DNA of 64,000 nucleotides. Source: Eledone cirrhosa. Taxonomy: Eukaryota. The notes under the pieces are model-generated. The model saw only the letters and a program-made list of their open reading frames with translations, made no database searches and was not told where the DNA came from. Below, piece by piece: positions 1-15,000 of this stretch (positions within the stretch are counted from its first letter, which is position 1; each line of letters begins with the position of its first letter). The position numbers and the translations under genes were made by a program. Where the stretch lies: positions 124,001 to 188,000 of the forward strand of contig CAXHJY010001105.1 in NCBI GenBank assembly GCA_964016885.1, written 5' to 3'.

Positions 1-3000
1 AAGTGGTCATGTAGGTGTCACAACAAAAAGTACCCAGTCCACTCTGTAGAATGGTCATGTAGGTGTCACAACAAAAAGTACCCAGTCCACACTGTAAAGT
101 GGTCATGTAGGTGTCATGACAAAAAACACCCAGTCCACACTGTAAAGTGGTCATGTAAGTGTCACAACAAAGAGTACCCAGTCCACACTGTAAAGTGGTC
201 ATATAGGTGTCACAACAAAATGTACCCAGTCCACACTGTAAAGTGGTCATGTAGGTGTCACAAACAAAATGTACCCAGTACACACTGTAAAGTGGTCATG
301 TAGGTGTCACAACAAAAAGTACCCAGTCCACAGTGTAAAGTGGTCATGTAGGTGTCACAACAAAAGTACCCAGTCCACACTGTAAAGTGGTCATGTAGGT
401 GTCACAACAAAAAGCACCCAGTCCACACTGTAAAGTGGTCATGTAGGTGTCATGACAAACAACACCCAGTCCACACTGTAAAGTGGTCATGTAGGTGTCA
501 TGACAAAACGTACCCAGTCCACACTATAAAGTGGTCATGTAGGTGTCACAACAAAACGTACCCAGTCCACACTGTAAACTGGTTATGTAGGTGTCACAAC
601 AAAAAGCACCCAGTCCACACTGTAAAGTGGTCATGTCAGTGTCACAACAAAAAGCACCCAGTCCACACTGTAAAGTAGTCATGTAGGTGTCACAACAAAA
701 AGTACCCAGTCCACACTGTTAAGTGGTCATGTAGGTGTCACAACCAAAAGTACCCAGTCCACACTGTAAAGTGGTCATGTAGGTGTCACAACAAAAAGTA
801 CCCAGTCCACACTGTAAAGTGGTCATGTAGGTGTCACAACAAACAACACCCAGTCCACACTGTAAAGTGGTCATGTAGGTGTCACAACAAAAAGTACCCA
901 GTCCACACTGTAAAGTGGTCATGTAGGTGTCACAACAAAAAGTAGCCAGTCCACACTGTAAAGTGGCCATGTAGGTGTCACAACAAAAAGTACCCAGTCC
1001 ACACTGTAAATTGGTCATGTAGGTGTCACAACAAAAAGTACCCAGTCCACACTGTAAAGTGGTCATGTAGGTGTCACAACAAAAAGTACCCAGTCCACTC
1101 TGTAAAGTGGTCATGTAGGTGTCACAACAAAAAGTAGCCAGTCCACACTGTAAAGTGGTCATGTAGGTGTCACAGCAAATAGTACCCAGTACACACTGTA
1201 AAGTGGTCATATAGGTGTGTTACAACTAAAAGTACCCAGTCTACACTGTAAAGTGGTCATGTAGGTGTCACAACAAAAAGTACCCAGTCCACACTGTAAA
1301 GTGGTCATGTAGGTGTCATGACAAACAACACCCAGTCCACACTGTAAAGTGGTCATGTAGGTGTCATGACAAAACGTACCCAGTCCACACTATAAAGTGG
1401 TCATGTAGGTGTCACAACAAAACGTACCCAGTCCACACTGTAAAGTGGTTATGTAGGTGTCACAACAAAAAGCACCCAGTCCACACTGTAAAGTGGTCAT
1501 GTCAGTGTCACAACAAAAAGCACCCAGTCCACACTGTAAAGTGGTCATGTAGGTGTCACAACAAAACGTACCCAGTCCACACTGTAAAGTAGTCATGTAG
1601 GTGTCACAACAAAAAGTACCCAGTCCACACTGTAAAGTGGTCATGTACGTGTCACAACCAAAAGTACCCAGTCCACACTGTAAAGTGGTCATGTAGGTGT
1701 CACAACAAAAAGTACCCAGTCCACACTGTAAAGTGGTCATGTAGGTCTCACAACAAAAAGTACCCAGTCCACACTGTAAAGTGGTCATGTAGGTGTCACA
1801 ACAAAAAGTACCCAGTCCTCACTGTAAAGTGGTCATGTAGGTGTCACAACAAAAAGTACCCAGTCCACACTGTAAAGTGGTCATGTAGGTGTCACAACAA
1901 AAAGTAGCCAGTCCACACTGTAAAGTGGTCATGTAGGTGTCACAACAAACAACACCCAGTCCACAGTGTAAAGTGGTCATGTAGGTGTCACAACAAAAAG
2001 TAGCCAGTCCACACTGTAAAGTGGTCATGTAGGTGTCACAATAAAAAGTACCCAGTCCACACTGTAAAGTGGTCATGTAGGTGTCACAACAAAAAGCACC
2101 CAGTCCACACTGTAAAGTGGTCATGTCAGTGTCACAACAAAAAGCACCCAGTCCAAACTGTAAAGTGGTCATGTAGGTGTCACAACAAAACGTACCCAGT
2201 CCACACTGTAAAGTAGTCATGTAGGTGTCACAACAAAAATTACCCAGTCCACACTGTAAAGTGGTCATGTAGGTGTCACAACCAAAAGTACCCAGTCCAC
2301 ACTGTAAAGTGGTCATGTAGCTGTCACAACAAAAAGTACCCTGTCCACACTGTAAAGTGGTCATGTAGGTGTCACAACAAAAAGTACCCAGTCCACACTG
2401 TAAAGTGGTCATGTAGGTCTCACAACAAAAAGTACCCAGTCCACACTGTAAAGTGGTCATGTAGGTGTCACAACAAAAAGTACCCAGTCCTCACTGTAAA
2501 GTGGTCATGTAGGTGTCACAACAAAAAGTACCCAGTCCACACTGTAAAGTGGTCATGTAGGTGTCACAACAAACAACACCCAGTCCACACTGTAAAGTGG
2601 TCATGTAGGTGTCACAACAAAAAGTACCCAGTCCACACTGTAAAGTGGTCATGTAGGTGTCACGACAAAAAGTACCCAGTACACACTGTAAAGTGGTCAT
2701 CTAGGTGTCACAACAAATAGTACCCAGTCCACACTGTAAAGTGGTCATCTAGGTGTCACAACAAATAGTACCCAGTCCACACTGTAAAGTGGTCATGTAG
2801 GTGTCACAACAAAAAGTACCCAGTCCACACTGTAAAGTGGTCATGTAGGTGTCATGACAAACAACACCCAGTCCACACTGTAAAGTGGTCATGTAGGTGT
2901 CACAACAAAAAGTACCCAGTCCACACTGTAAAGTGGTCATGTAGGTGTCACAACAAAAAGCACCCAGGCAAAACTGTGAAGTGGTCATGTCAGTGTCAAA

Positions 3001-6000
3001 ACAAAAAGCACCCAGTCCACACTGTAAAGTAGTCATGTAGGTGTCACAACAAAAAGTACCCAGTCCACACTGTAAAGTGGTCATGTAGGTGTCACAACCA
3101 AAAGTACCCAGTCCACACTGTAAAGTGGTCATGTAGGTGTCACAACAAAAAGTACCCAGTCCACACTGTAAAGTGGTCATGTAGGTGTCACAACAAAAAG
3201 TACCCAGTCCACACTGTAAAGTGGTCATGTAGGTGTCACAACAAAACGTACCCAGTCCACACTGTAAAGTGGTCATGTAGGTGTCACAACAAACAACACC
3301 CAGTCCACACTGTAAAGTGGTCATGTAGGTGTCACAACAAAAAGTACCCAGTCCACAGTGTAAAGTGGTCATGTAGGTGTCACAACAAAAAGTACCCAGT
3401 CCACACTGTAAAGTGGTCATGTAGGTGTCACAACAAAAAGTACCTAGTCCACACTGTAAAGTGGTCATGTAGGTGTCACAACAAACAACACCCAGTCCAC
3501 ACTGTAATGTGGTCATGTAGGTGTCACAACAAAAAGTACTCAGTCCACACTGTAAAGTGGTCATGCATGTGTCACAACAAAAAGTACCCAGTCCACACTG
3601 TAAAGTGGTCATGTAGGTATCACAACAAAAAGTACCCAGTCCACACTGTAAAGTGGTCATGTAGGTGTCACAACCAAATGTACCCAGTCCACACTGTAAA
3701 GTGGTCATATAGGTGTCACAACAAAAAGTACCCAGTCCACACTGTAAAGTGGTCATGTAGGTGTCACAACAAAAAGTACCCAGTCCACACTGTAAAGTGG
3801 TCATGTAGGTGTCACAACAAAAAGTACCCAGTCCACACTGTAAAGTGGTCATCTAGGTGTCACAACAAATAGTACCCAGTCCACACTGTAAAGTGGTCAT
3901 GTAGGTGTCACAACAAAAAGTACCCAGTCCACTCTGTAAAGTGGTCATGTAGGTGTCACAACAAAAAGTACCCAGTCTACACTGTAAAGTGGTCATGTAG
4001 GTGTGTTACAACAAAAAGTACCCAGTCTACACTGTAAAGTGGTCATGTAGGTGTCACAACAAAAAGTAGCCAGTCCACACTGTAAAGTGGTCATGTAGGT
4101 GTCACAGCAAATAGTACCCAGTACACACTGTAAAGTGGTCATCTAGGTGTCACAACAAAATGTACCCAGTCCACACTGTAAAGTGGTCATGTAGGTGTCA
4201 CAAACAAAATGTACCCAGTACACACTGTAAAGTGGTCATGTAGGTGTCACAACAAAAAGTACCCAGTCCACACTGTAAAGTGGTCATGTAGGTGTCACAA
4301 CAAAAAGTACCCAGTCCACACTGTAAAGTGGTCATGTAGGTCTAACAACAAAATTACCCAGTCCACACTGTAAAGTGGTCATGTAGGTGTCACAACAAAA
4401 AGTACCCAGTCCACACTGTAAAGTGGTCATGTAGGTGTCACAACAAAAAGTACCCAGTCCACACTGTAAAGTGGTCATGTAGGTGTCACGACAAAAAGTA
4501 CCCAGTACACACTGTAAAGTGGTCATCTAGGTGTCACAACAAATAGTACCCAGTCCACACTGTAAAGTGGTCATCTAGGTGTCACAACAAATAGTACCCA
4601 GTCCACACTGTAAAGTGGTCATGTAGGTGTCACAACAAAAAGTACCCAGTCCACACTGTAAAGTGGTCATGTAGGTGTCATGACAAACAACACCCAGTCC
4701 ACACTGTAAAGTGGTCATGTAGGTGTCACAACAAAAAGTACCCAGTCCACACTGTAAAGTGGTCATGTAGGTGTCACAACAAAAAGTACCCAGTCCACAC
4801 TGTAAAGTGGTCATGTAGGTGTCACAACAAAAAGCACCCAGTCCACACTGTAAAGTGGTCATGTAGGTGTCATGACAAACAACACCCAGTCCACACTGTA
4901 AAGTGGTCATGTAGGTGTCATGACAAAACGTACCCAGTCCACACTGTAAAGTGGTCATGTAGTTGTGTTACAACAAAAAGTACCCAGTCTACACTGTAAA
5001 GTGGTCATGTAGGTGTCACAACAAAAAGTACCCAGTCCACACTGTAAAGTGGTCATGTAGGTGTCATGACAAACAACACCCAGTCCACACTGTAAAGTGG
5101 TCATGTAGGTGTCATGACAAAACGTACCCAGTCCACACTATAAACTGGTCATGTAGGTGTCACAACAAAACGTACCCAGTCCACACTGTAAAGTGGTTAT
5201 GTAGGTGTCACAACAAAAAGCACCCAGTCCACACTGTAAAGTGGTCATGTAGGTGTCACAACAAAAAGCACCCAGTCCACACTGAAAAGTAGTCATGTAG
5301 GTGTCACAACAAAAAGTACCCAGTCCACACTGTAAAGTGGTCATGTAGGTGTCACAACAAACAACACCCAGTCCACAGTGTAAAGTGGTCATGTAGGTGT
5401 CACAACAAAAAGTAGCCAGTCCACACTGTAAAGTGGTCATGTAGGTGTCACAATAAAAAGTACCCAGTCCACACTGTAAAGTGGTCATGTAGGTGTCACA
5501 ACAAAAAGCACCCAGTCCACACTGTAAAGTGGTCATGTCAGTGTCACAACAAAAAGCACCCAGTCCAAACTGTAAAGTGGTCATGTAGGTGTCACAACAA
5601 AACGTACCCAGTCCACACTGTAAAGTAGTCATGTAGGTGTCACAACAAAAATTACCCAGTCCACACTGTAAAGTGGTCATGTAGGTGTCACAACCAAAAG
5701 TACCCAGTCCACACTGTAAAGTGGTCATGTAGCTGTCACAACAAAAAGTACCCTGTCCACACTGTAAAGTGGTCATGTAGGTGTCACAACAAAAAGTACC
5801 CAGTCCACACTGTAAAGTGGTCATGTAGGTCTCACAACAAAAAGTACCCAGTCCACACTGTAAAGTGGTCATGTAGGTGTCACAACAAAAAGTACCCAGT
5901 CCTCACTGTAAAGTGGTCATGTAGGTGTCACAACAAAAAGTACCCAGTCCACACTGTAAAGTGGTCATGTAGGTGTCACAACAAACAACACCCAGTCCAC

Positions 6001-9000
6001 ACTGTAAAGTGGTCATGTAGGTGTCACAACAAAAAGTACCCAGTCCACACTGTAAAGTGGTCATGTAGGTGTCACGACAAAAAGTACCCAGTACACACTG
6101 TAAAGTGGTCATCTAGGTGTCACAACAAATAGTACCCAGTCCACACTGTAAAGTGGTCATCTAGGTGTCACAACAAATAGTACCCAGTCCACACTGTAAA
6201 GTGGTCATGTAGGTGTCACAACAAAAAGTACCCAGTCCACACTGTAAAGTGGTCATGTAGGTGTCATGACAAACAACACCCAGTCCACACTGTAAAGTGG
6301 TCATGTAGGTGTCACAACAAAAAGTACCCAGTCCACACTGTAAAGTGGTCATGTAGGTGTCACAACAAAAAGCACCCAGGCAAAACTGTGAAGTGGTCAT
6401 GTCAGTGTCAAAACAAAAAGCACCCAGTCCACACTGTAAAGTAGTCATGTAGGTGTCACAACAAAAAGTACCCAGTCCACACTGTAAAGTGGTCATGTAG
6501 GTGTCACAACCAAAAGTACCCAGTCCACACTGTAAAGTGGTCATGTAGGTGTCACAACAAAAAGTACCCAGTCCACACTGTAAAGTGGTCATGTAGGTGT
6601 CACAACAAAAAGTACCCAGTCCACACTGTAAAGTGGTCATGTAGGTGTCACAACAAAACGTACCCAGTCCACACTGTAAAGTGGTCATGTAGGTGTCACA
6701 ACAAACAACACCCAGTCCACACTATAAAGTGGTCATGTAGGTGTCACAACAAAAAGTACCCAGTCCACAGTGTAAAGTGGTCATGTAGGTGTCACAACAA
6801 AAAGTACCCAGTCCACACTGTAAAGTGGTCATGTAGGTGTCACAACAAAAAGTACCTAGTCCACACTGTAAAGTGGTCATGTAGGTGTCACAACAAACAA
6901 CACCCAGTCCACACTGTAATGTGGTCATGTAGGTGTCACAACAAAAAGTACTCAGTCCACACTGTAAAGTGGTCATGCATGTGTCACAACAAAAAGTACC
7001 CAGTCCACACTGTAAAGTGGTCATGTAGGTATCACAACAAAAAGTACCCAGTCCACACTGTAAAGTGGTCATGTAGGTGTCACAACCAAATGTACCCAGT
7101 CCACACTGTAAAGTGGTCATATAGGTGTCACAACAAAAAGTACCCAGTCCACACTGTAAAGTGGTCATGTAGGTGTCACAACAAAAAGTACCCAGTCCAC
7201 ACTGTAAAGTGGTCATGTAGGTGTCACAACAAAAAGTACCCAGTCCACACTGTAAAGTGGTCATCTAGGTGTCACAACAAATAGTACCCAGTCCACACTG
7301 TAAAGTGGTCATGTAGGTGTCACAACAAAAAGTACCCAGTCCACTCTGTAAAGTGGTCATGTAGGTGTCACAACAAAAAGTACCCAGTCTACACTGTAAA
7401 GTGGTCATGTAGGTGTGTTACAACAAAAAGTACCCAGTCTACACTGTAAAGTGGTCATGTAGGTGTCACAACAAAAAGTAGCCAGTCCACACTGTAAAGT
7501 GGTCATGTAGGTGTCACAGCAAATAGTACCCAGTACACACTGTAAAGTGGTCATCTAGGTGTCACAACAAAATGTACCCAGTCCACACTGTAAAGTGGTC
7601 ATGTAGGTGTCACAAACAAAATGTACCCAGTACACACTGTAAAGTGGTCATGTAGGTGTCACAACAAAAAGTACCCAGTCCACACTGTAAAGTGGTCATG
7701 TAGGTGTCACAACAAAAAGTACCCAGTCCACACTGTAAAGTGGTCATGTAGGTCTAACAACAAAATTACCCAGTCCACACTGTAAAGTGGTCATGTAGGT
7801 GTCACAACAAAAAGTACCCAGTCCACACTGTAAAGTGGTCATGTAGGTGTCACAACAAAAAGTACCCAGTCCACACTGTAAAGTGGTCATGTAGGTGTCA
7901 CGACAAAAAGTACCCAGTACACACTGTAAAGTGGTCATCTAGGTGTCACAACAAATAGTACCCAGTCCACACTGTAAAGTGGTCATCTAGGTGTCACAAC
8001 AAATAGTACCCAGTCCACACTGTAAAGTGGTCATGTAGGTGTCACAACAAAAAGTACCCAGTCCACACTGTAAAGTGGTCATGTAGGTGTCATGACAAAC
8101 AACACCCAGTCCACACTGTAAAGTGGTCATGTAGGTGTCACAACAAAAAGTACCCAGTCCACACTGTAAAGTGGTCATGTAGGTGTCACAACAAAAAGTA
8201 CCCAGTCTACACTGTAAAGTGGTCATGTAGGTGTCACAACAAAAAGCACCCAGTCCACACTGTAAAGTGGTCATGTAGGTGTCATGACAAACAACACCCA
8301 GTCCACACTGTAAAGTGGTCATGTAGGTGTCATGACAAAACGTACCCAGTCCACACTGTAAAGTGGTCATGTAGTTGTGTTACAACAAAAAGTACCCAGT
8401 CTACACTGTAAAGTGGTCATGTAGGTGTCACAACAAAAAGTACCCAGTCCACACTGTAAAGTGGTCATGTAGGTGTCATGACAAACAACACCCAGTCCAC
8501 ACTGTAAAGTGGTCATGTAGGTGTCATGACAAAACGTACCCAGTCCACACTATAAACTGGTCATGTAGGTGTCACAACAAAACGTACCCAGTCCACACTG
8601 TAAAGTGGTTATGTAGGTGTCACAACAAAAAGCACCCAGTCCACACTGTAAAGTGGTCATGTAGGTGTCACAACAAAAAGCACCCAGTCCACACTGAAAA
8701 GTAGTCATGTAGGTGTCACAACAAAAAGTACCCAGTCCACACTGTAAAGTGGTCATGTAGGTGTCACAACCAAAAGTACCCAGTCCACACTGTAAAGTGG
8801 TCATGTAGGTGTCACAACAAAAAGTACCCAGTCCACACTGTAAAGTGGTCATGTAGGTGTCACAACAAAAAGTACCCAGTCCACACTGTAAAGTGGTCAT
8901 GTAGGTGTCACAACAAAAAGTACCCAGTCCACACTGTAAAGTGGTCATGTAGGTGTCACAACAAACAACACCCAGTCCACACTGTAAAGTGGTCATGTAG

Positions 9001-12000
9001 GTGTCACAACAAAAAGTACCCAGTCCACACTGTAAAGTGGTCATGTAGGTGTCACGACAAAAAGTACCCAGTACACACTGTAAAGTGGTCATCTAGGTGT
9101 CACAACAAATAGTACCCAGTCCACACTGTAAAGTGGTCATCTAGGTGTCACAACAAATAGTACCCAGTCCACACTGTAAAGTGGTCATGTAGGTGTCACA
9201 ACAAAAAGTACCCAGTCCACACTGTAAAGTGGTCATGTAGGTGTCATGACAAACAACACCCAGTCCACACTGTAAAGTGGTCATGTAGGTGTCACAACAA
9301 AAAGTACCCAGTCCACACTGTAAAGTGGTCATGTAGGTGTCACAACAAAAAGCACCCAGGCAAAACTGTGAAGTGGTCATGTCAGTGTCAAAACAAAAAG
9401 CACCCAGTCCACACTGTAAAGTAGTCATGTAGGTGTCACAACAAAAAGTACCCAGTCCACACTGTAAAGTGGTCATGTAGGTGTCACAACCAAAAGTACC
9501 CAGTCCACACTGTAAAGTGGTCATGTAGGTGTCACAACAAAAAGTACCCAGTCCACACTGTAAAGTGGTCATGTAGGTGTCACAACAAAAAGTACCCAGT
9601 CCACACTGTAAAGTGGTCATGTAGGTGTCACAACAAAACGTACCCAGTCCACACTGTAAAGTGGTCATGTAGGTGTCACAACAAACAACACCCAGTCCAC
9701 ACTGTAAAGTGGTCATGTAGGTGTCACAACAAAAAGTACCCAGTCCACAGTGTAAAGTGGTCATGTAGGTGTCACAACAAAAAGTACCCAGTCCACACTG
9801 TAAAGTGGTCATGTAGGTGTCACAACAAAAAGTACCTAGTCCACACTGTAAAGTGGTCATGTAGGTGTCACAACAAACAACACCCAGTCCACACTGTAAT
9901 GTGGTCATGTAGGTGTCACAACAAAAAGTACTCAGTCCACACTGTAAAGTGGTCATGCATGTGTCACAACAAAAAGTACCCAGTCCACACTGTAAAGTGG
10001 TCATGTAGGTATCACAACAAAAAGTACCCAGTCCACACTGTAAAGTGGTCATGTAGGTGTCACAACCAAAAGTACCCAGTCCACACTGTAAAGTGGTCAT
10101 ATAGGTGTCACAACAAAAAGTACCCAGTCCACACTGTAAAGTGGTCATGTAGGTGTCACAACAAAAAGTACCCAGTCCACACTGTAAAGTGGTCATGTAG
10201 GTGTCACAACAAAAAGTACCCAGTCCACACTGTAAAGTGGTCATCTAGGTGTCACAACAAATAGTACCCAGCCCACACTGTAAAGTGGTCATGTAGGTGT
10301 CACAACAAAAAGTACCCAGTCCACTCTGTAAAGTGGTCATGTAGGTGTCACAACAAAAAGTACCCAGTCTACACTGTAAAGTGGTCATGTAGGTGTGTTA
10401 CAACAAAAAGTACCCAGTCTACACTGTAAAGTGGTCATGTAGGTGTCACAACAAAAAGTAGCCAGTCCACACTGTAAAGTGGTCATGTAGGTGTCACAGC
10501 AAATAGTACCCAGTACACACTGTAAAGTGGTCATCTAGGTGTCACAACAAAATGTACCCAGTCCACACTGTAAAGTGGTCATGTAGGTGTCACAAACAAA
10601 ATGTACCCAGTACACACTGTAAAGTGGTCATGTAGGTGTCACAACAAAAAGTACCCAGTCCACACTGTAAAGTGGTCATGTAGGTGTCACAACAAAAAGT
10701 ACCCAGTCCACACTGTAAAGTGGTAATGTAGGTCTAACAACAAAAAGTACCCAGTCCACACTGTAAAGTGGTCATGTAGGTGTCACAACAAAAAGTACCC
10801 AGTCCACACTGTAAAGTGGTCATGTAGGTGTCACAGCAAAAAGTACCCAGTCCACACTGTAAAGTGGTCATGTAGGTGTCACGACAAAAAGTACCCAGTA
10901 CACACTGTAAAGTGGTCATCTAGGTGTCACAACAAATAGTACCCAGTCCACACTGTAAAGTGGTCATCTAGGTGTCACAACAAATAGTACCCAGTCCACA
11001 CTGTAAAGTGGTCATGTAGGTGTCATGACAAACAACACCCAGTCCACACTGTAAAGTGGTCATGTAGGTGTCACAACAAAAAGCACCCAGTCCACACTGT
11101 AAAGTGGTCATGTAGGTGTCATGACAAACAACACCCAGTCCACACTGTAAAGTGGTCATGTAGGTGTCACAACCAAAAGTACCCAGTCCACACTGTAAAG
11201 TGGTCATGTAGGTGTCACAACAAAAAGTACCCAGTCCACTCTGTAAAGTGGTCATGTAGGTGTCACAGCAAAAAGTACCCAGTCTACACTGTAAAGTGGT
11301 CATGTAGGTGTGTTACAACAAAAAGTACCCAGTCCACACTGTAAAGTGGTCATGTAGGTGTCACAACAAACAACACCCAGTCCACACTGTAAAGTGGTCA
11401 TGTAGGTGTCACAACAAAAAGTACCCAGTCCACACTGTAAAGTGGTCATGTAGGTGTCACAACAAAAAGTACCCAGTCCACACTGTAAAGTGGTCATGTA
11501 GGTGTCACAACAAAAAGTACCCAGTCCACACTGTAAAGTGGTCATGTAGGTGTCACAACAAACAACACCCAGTCCACACTGTAAAGTGGTCATGTAGGTG
11601 TCACAACCAAAAGTACCCAGTCCACACTGTAAAGTGGTCATGTAGGTGTCACAACAAAAAGTACCCAGTCCACACTGTAAAGTGGTCATGTAGGTGTCAC
11701 AACAAAAAGTACCCAGTCCACACTGTAAAGTGGTCATGTAGGTGTCACAACAAAACGTACCCAGTCCACACTGTAAAGTGGTCATGTAGGTGTCACAACA
11801 AACAACACCCAGTCCACACTGTAAAGTGGTCATGTAGGTGTCACAACAAAAAGTACCCAGTCCACACTGTAAAGTGGTCATGTAGGTGTCACAACAAAAA
11901 GTACCCAGTCCACACTGTAAAGTGGTCATGTAGGTGTCACAACAAACAACACCCAGTCCACACTGTAAAGTGGTCATGTAGGTGTCACAACAAAAAGTAC

Positions 12001-15000
12001 CCAGTCCACACTGTAAAGTGGTCATGTAGGTGTCACAACAAAAAGTACCCAGTCCACACTGTAAAGTGGTCATGTAGGTGTCACAACAAAAAGTACCCAG
12101 TCCACACTGTAAAGTGGTCATGTAGGTGTCACAACAAACAACACCGAGTCCACACTGTAAAGTGTTCATGTAGGTTTCACAACAAAAAGTACCCAGTCCA
12201 CACTGTAAAGTGGTCATGTATGTGTCACAACAAAAAGTACCCAGTCCACACTGTAAAGTGGTCATGTAGGTATCACAACAAAAAGTACCCAGTCCACACT
12301 GTAAAGTGGTCATGTAGGTGTCACAACAAACAACACCCAGTCCACACTGTAAAGTGGTCATGTAGGTGTCACAACAAAAAGTACCCAGTCCACACTGTAA
12401 AGTGGTCATGTAGGTGTCACAACAAAAAGTACCCAGTCCACACTGTAAAGTGGTCATCTAGGTGTCACAACAAATAGTACCCAGTCCACACTGTAAAGTG
12501 TTCATGTAGGTGTCACAACAAAAAGTACCCAGTCCACACTGTAAAGTGGTCATGTAGGTGTCACAACAAACAACACCCAGTCCACACTGTAAAGTGGTCA
12601 TGTAGGTGACACAACAAAAAGTACCCAGTCCACTCTGTAAAGTGGTCATGTAGGTGTCACAACAAAAAGTACCCAGTCCACTCTGTAAAGTGGTCATGTA
12701 GGTGTCACAACAAAAAGTACCCAGTCTACACTGTAAAGTGGTCATGTAGGTGTGTTACAACAAAAAGTACCCAGTCTACACTGTAAAGTGGTGATGTAGG
12801 TGTCACAACAAAAAGTAGCCAGTCCACACTGTAAAGTGGTCATGTAGGTGTCACAGCAAATAGTACCCAGTACACACTGTAAAGTGGTCATGTAGGTGTC
12901 ACAACAAAATGTTCCCAGTCCACACTGTAAAGTGGTCATGTGGGTGTCACAAACAAAATGTACCCAGTACACACTGTAAAGTGGTGATGTAGGTGTCACA
13001 ACAAAAAGTACCCAGTCCACACTGTAAAGTGGTCATGTAGGTGTCACAACAAAAAGTACCCAGTCCACACTGTAAAGTGGTCATGTAGGTGTCACAACAA
13101 AAAGCACCCGGTCCACACTGTAAAGTGGTCATGTAGGTGTCATGACAAACAACACCCAGTCCACACTGTAAAGTGGTCATGTAGGTGTCATGACAAAACG
13201 TACCCAGTCCACACTGTAAAGTGGTTATGTAGGTGTCACAACAAAAAGCACCCAGTCCACACTGTAAAGTGGTCATGTCAGTGTCTCAACAAAAAGCACC
13301 CAGTCCACACTGTAAAGTGGTCATGTAGGTGTCACAACAAAACATACCCAGTCCACACTGTAAAGTAGTCATGTAGGTGTCACAACAAAAAGTACCCAGT
13401 CCACACTGTAAAGTGGTCATGTAGGTGTCACAACAAAAAGTACCCAGTCCACACTGTAAAGTGGTCATGTAGGTGTCACAACAAACAACACCCAGTCCAC
13501 ACTGTAAAGTGGTCATGTAGGTTTCACAACAAAAAGTACCCAGTCCACACTGTAAAGTGGTCATGTATGTGTCACAACAAAAGGTACCCAGTCCACACTG
13601 TAAAGTGGTCATGTAGGTATCACAACAAAAAGTACCCAGTCCACACTGTAAAGTGGTCATGTAGGTGTCACAACAAACAACACCCAGTCCACACTGTAAA
13701 GTGGTCATGTAGGTGTCACAACAAAAAGTACCCAGTCCACACTGTAAAGTGGTCATGTAGGTGTCACAACAAAAAGTACCCAGTCCACACTGTAAAGTGG
13801 TCATGTAGGTGTCACAACAAAAAGTACCCAGTCCACACTGTAAAGTGGTCATCTAGGTGTCACAACAAATAGTACCCAGTCCACACTGTAAAGTGTTCAT
13901 GTAGGTGTCACAACAAAAAGTACCCAGTCCACACTGTAAAGTGGTCATGTAGGTGTCACAACAAACAACACCCAGTCCACACTGTAAAGTGGTCATGTAG
14001 GTGACACAACAAAAAGTACCCAGTCCACTCTGTAAAGTGGTCATGTAGGTGTCACAACAAAAAGTACCCAGTCCACTCTGTAAAGTGGTCATGTAGGTGT
14101 CACAACAAAAAGTACCCAGTCTACACTGTAAAGTGGTCATGTAGGTGTGTTACAACAAAAAGTACCCAGTCTACACTGTAAAGTGGTCATGTAGGTGTCA
14201 CAACAAAAAGTAGCCAGTCGACACTGTAAAGTGGTCATGTAGGTGTCACAACAAAATGTACCCAGTCCACACTGTAAAGTGGTCATGTAGGTGTCACAAA
14301 CAAAATGTACCCAGTACACACTGTAAAGTGGTGATGTAGGTGTCACAACAAAAAGTACCCAGTCCACACTGTAAAGTGGTCATGTAGGTGTCACAACAAA
14401 AAGTACCCAGTCCACACTGTAAAGTGGTCATGTAGGTGTCACAACAAAAAGCACCCGGTCCACACTGTAAAGTGGTCATGTAGGTGTCATGACAAACAAC
14501 ACCCAGTCCACACTATAAAGTGGTCATGTAGGTGTCATGACGAAACGTACCCAGTCCACACTGTAAAGTGGTTATGTAGGTGTCACAACAAAAAGCACCC
14601 AGTCCACACTGTAAAGTGGTCATGTCAGTGTCACAACAAAAAGCACCCAGTCCACACTGTAAAGTGGTCATGTAGGTGTCACAACAAAACATACCCAGTC
14701 CACACTGTAAAGTAGTCATGTAGGTGTCACAACAAAAAGTACCCAGTCCACACTGTAAAGTGGTCATGTAGGTGTCACAACAAAAAGTACCCAGTCCACA
14801 CTGTAAAGTGGTCATGTAGGTGTCACAACAAAAAGTACCCAGTCCACACTGTAAAGTGGTCATCTAGGTGTCACAACAAATAGTACCCAGTCCACACTGT
14901 AAAGTGTTCATGTAGGTGTCACAACAAAAAGTACCCAGTCCACACTGTAAAGTGGTCATGTAGGTGTCACAACAAACAACACCCAGTCCACACTGTAAAG

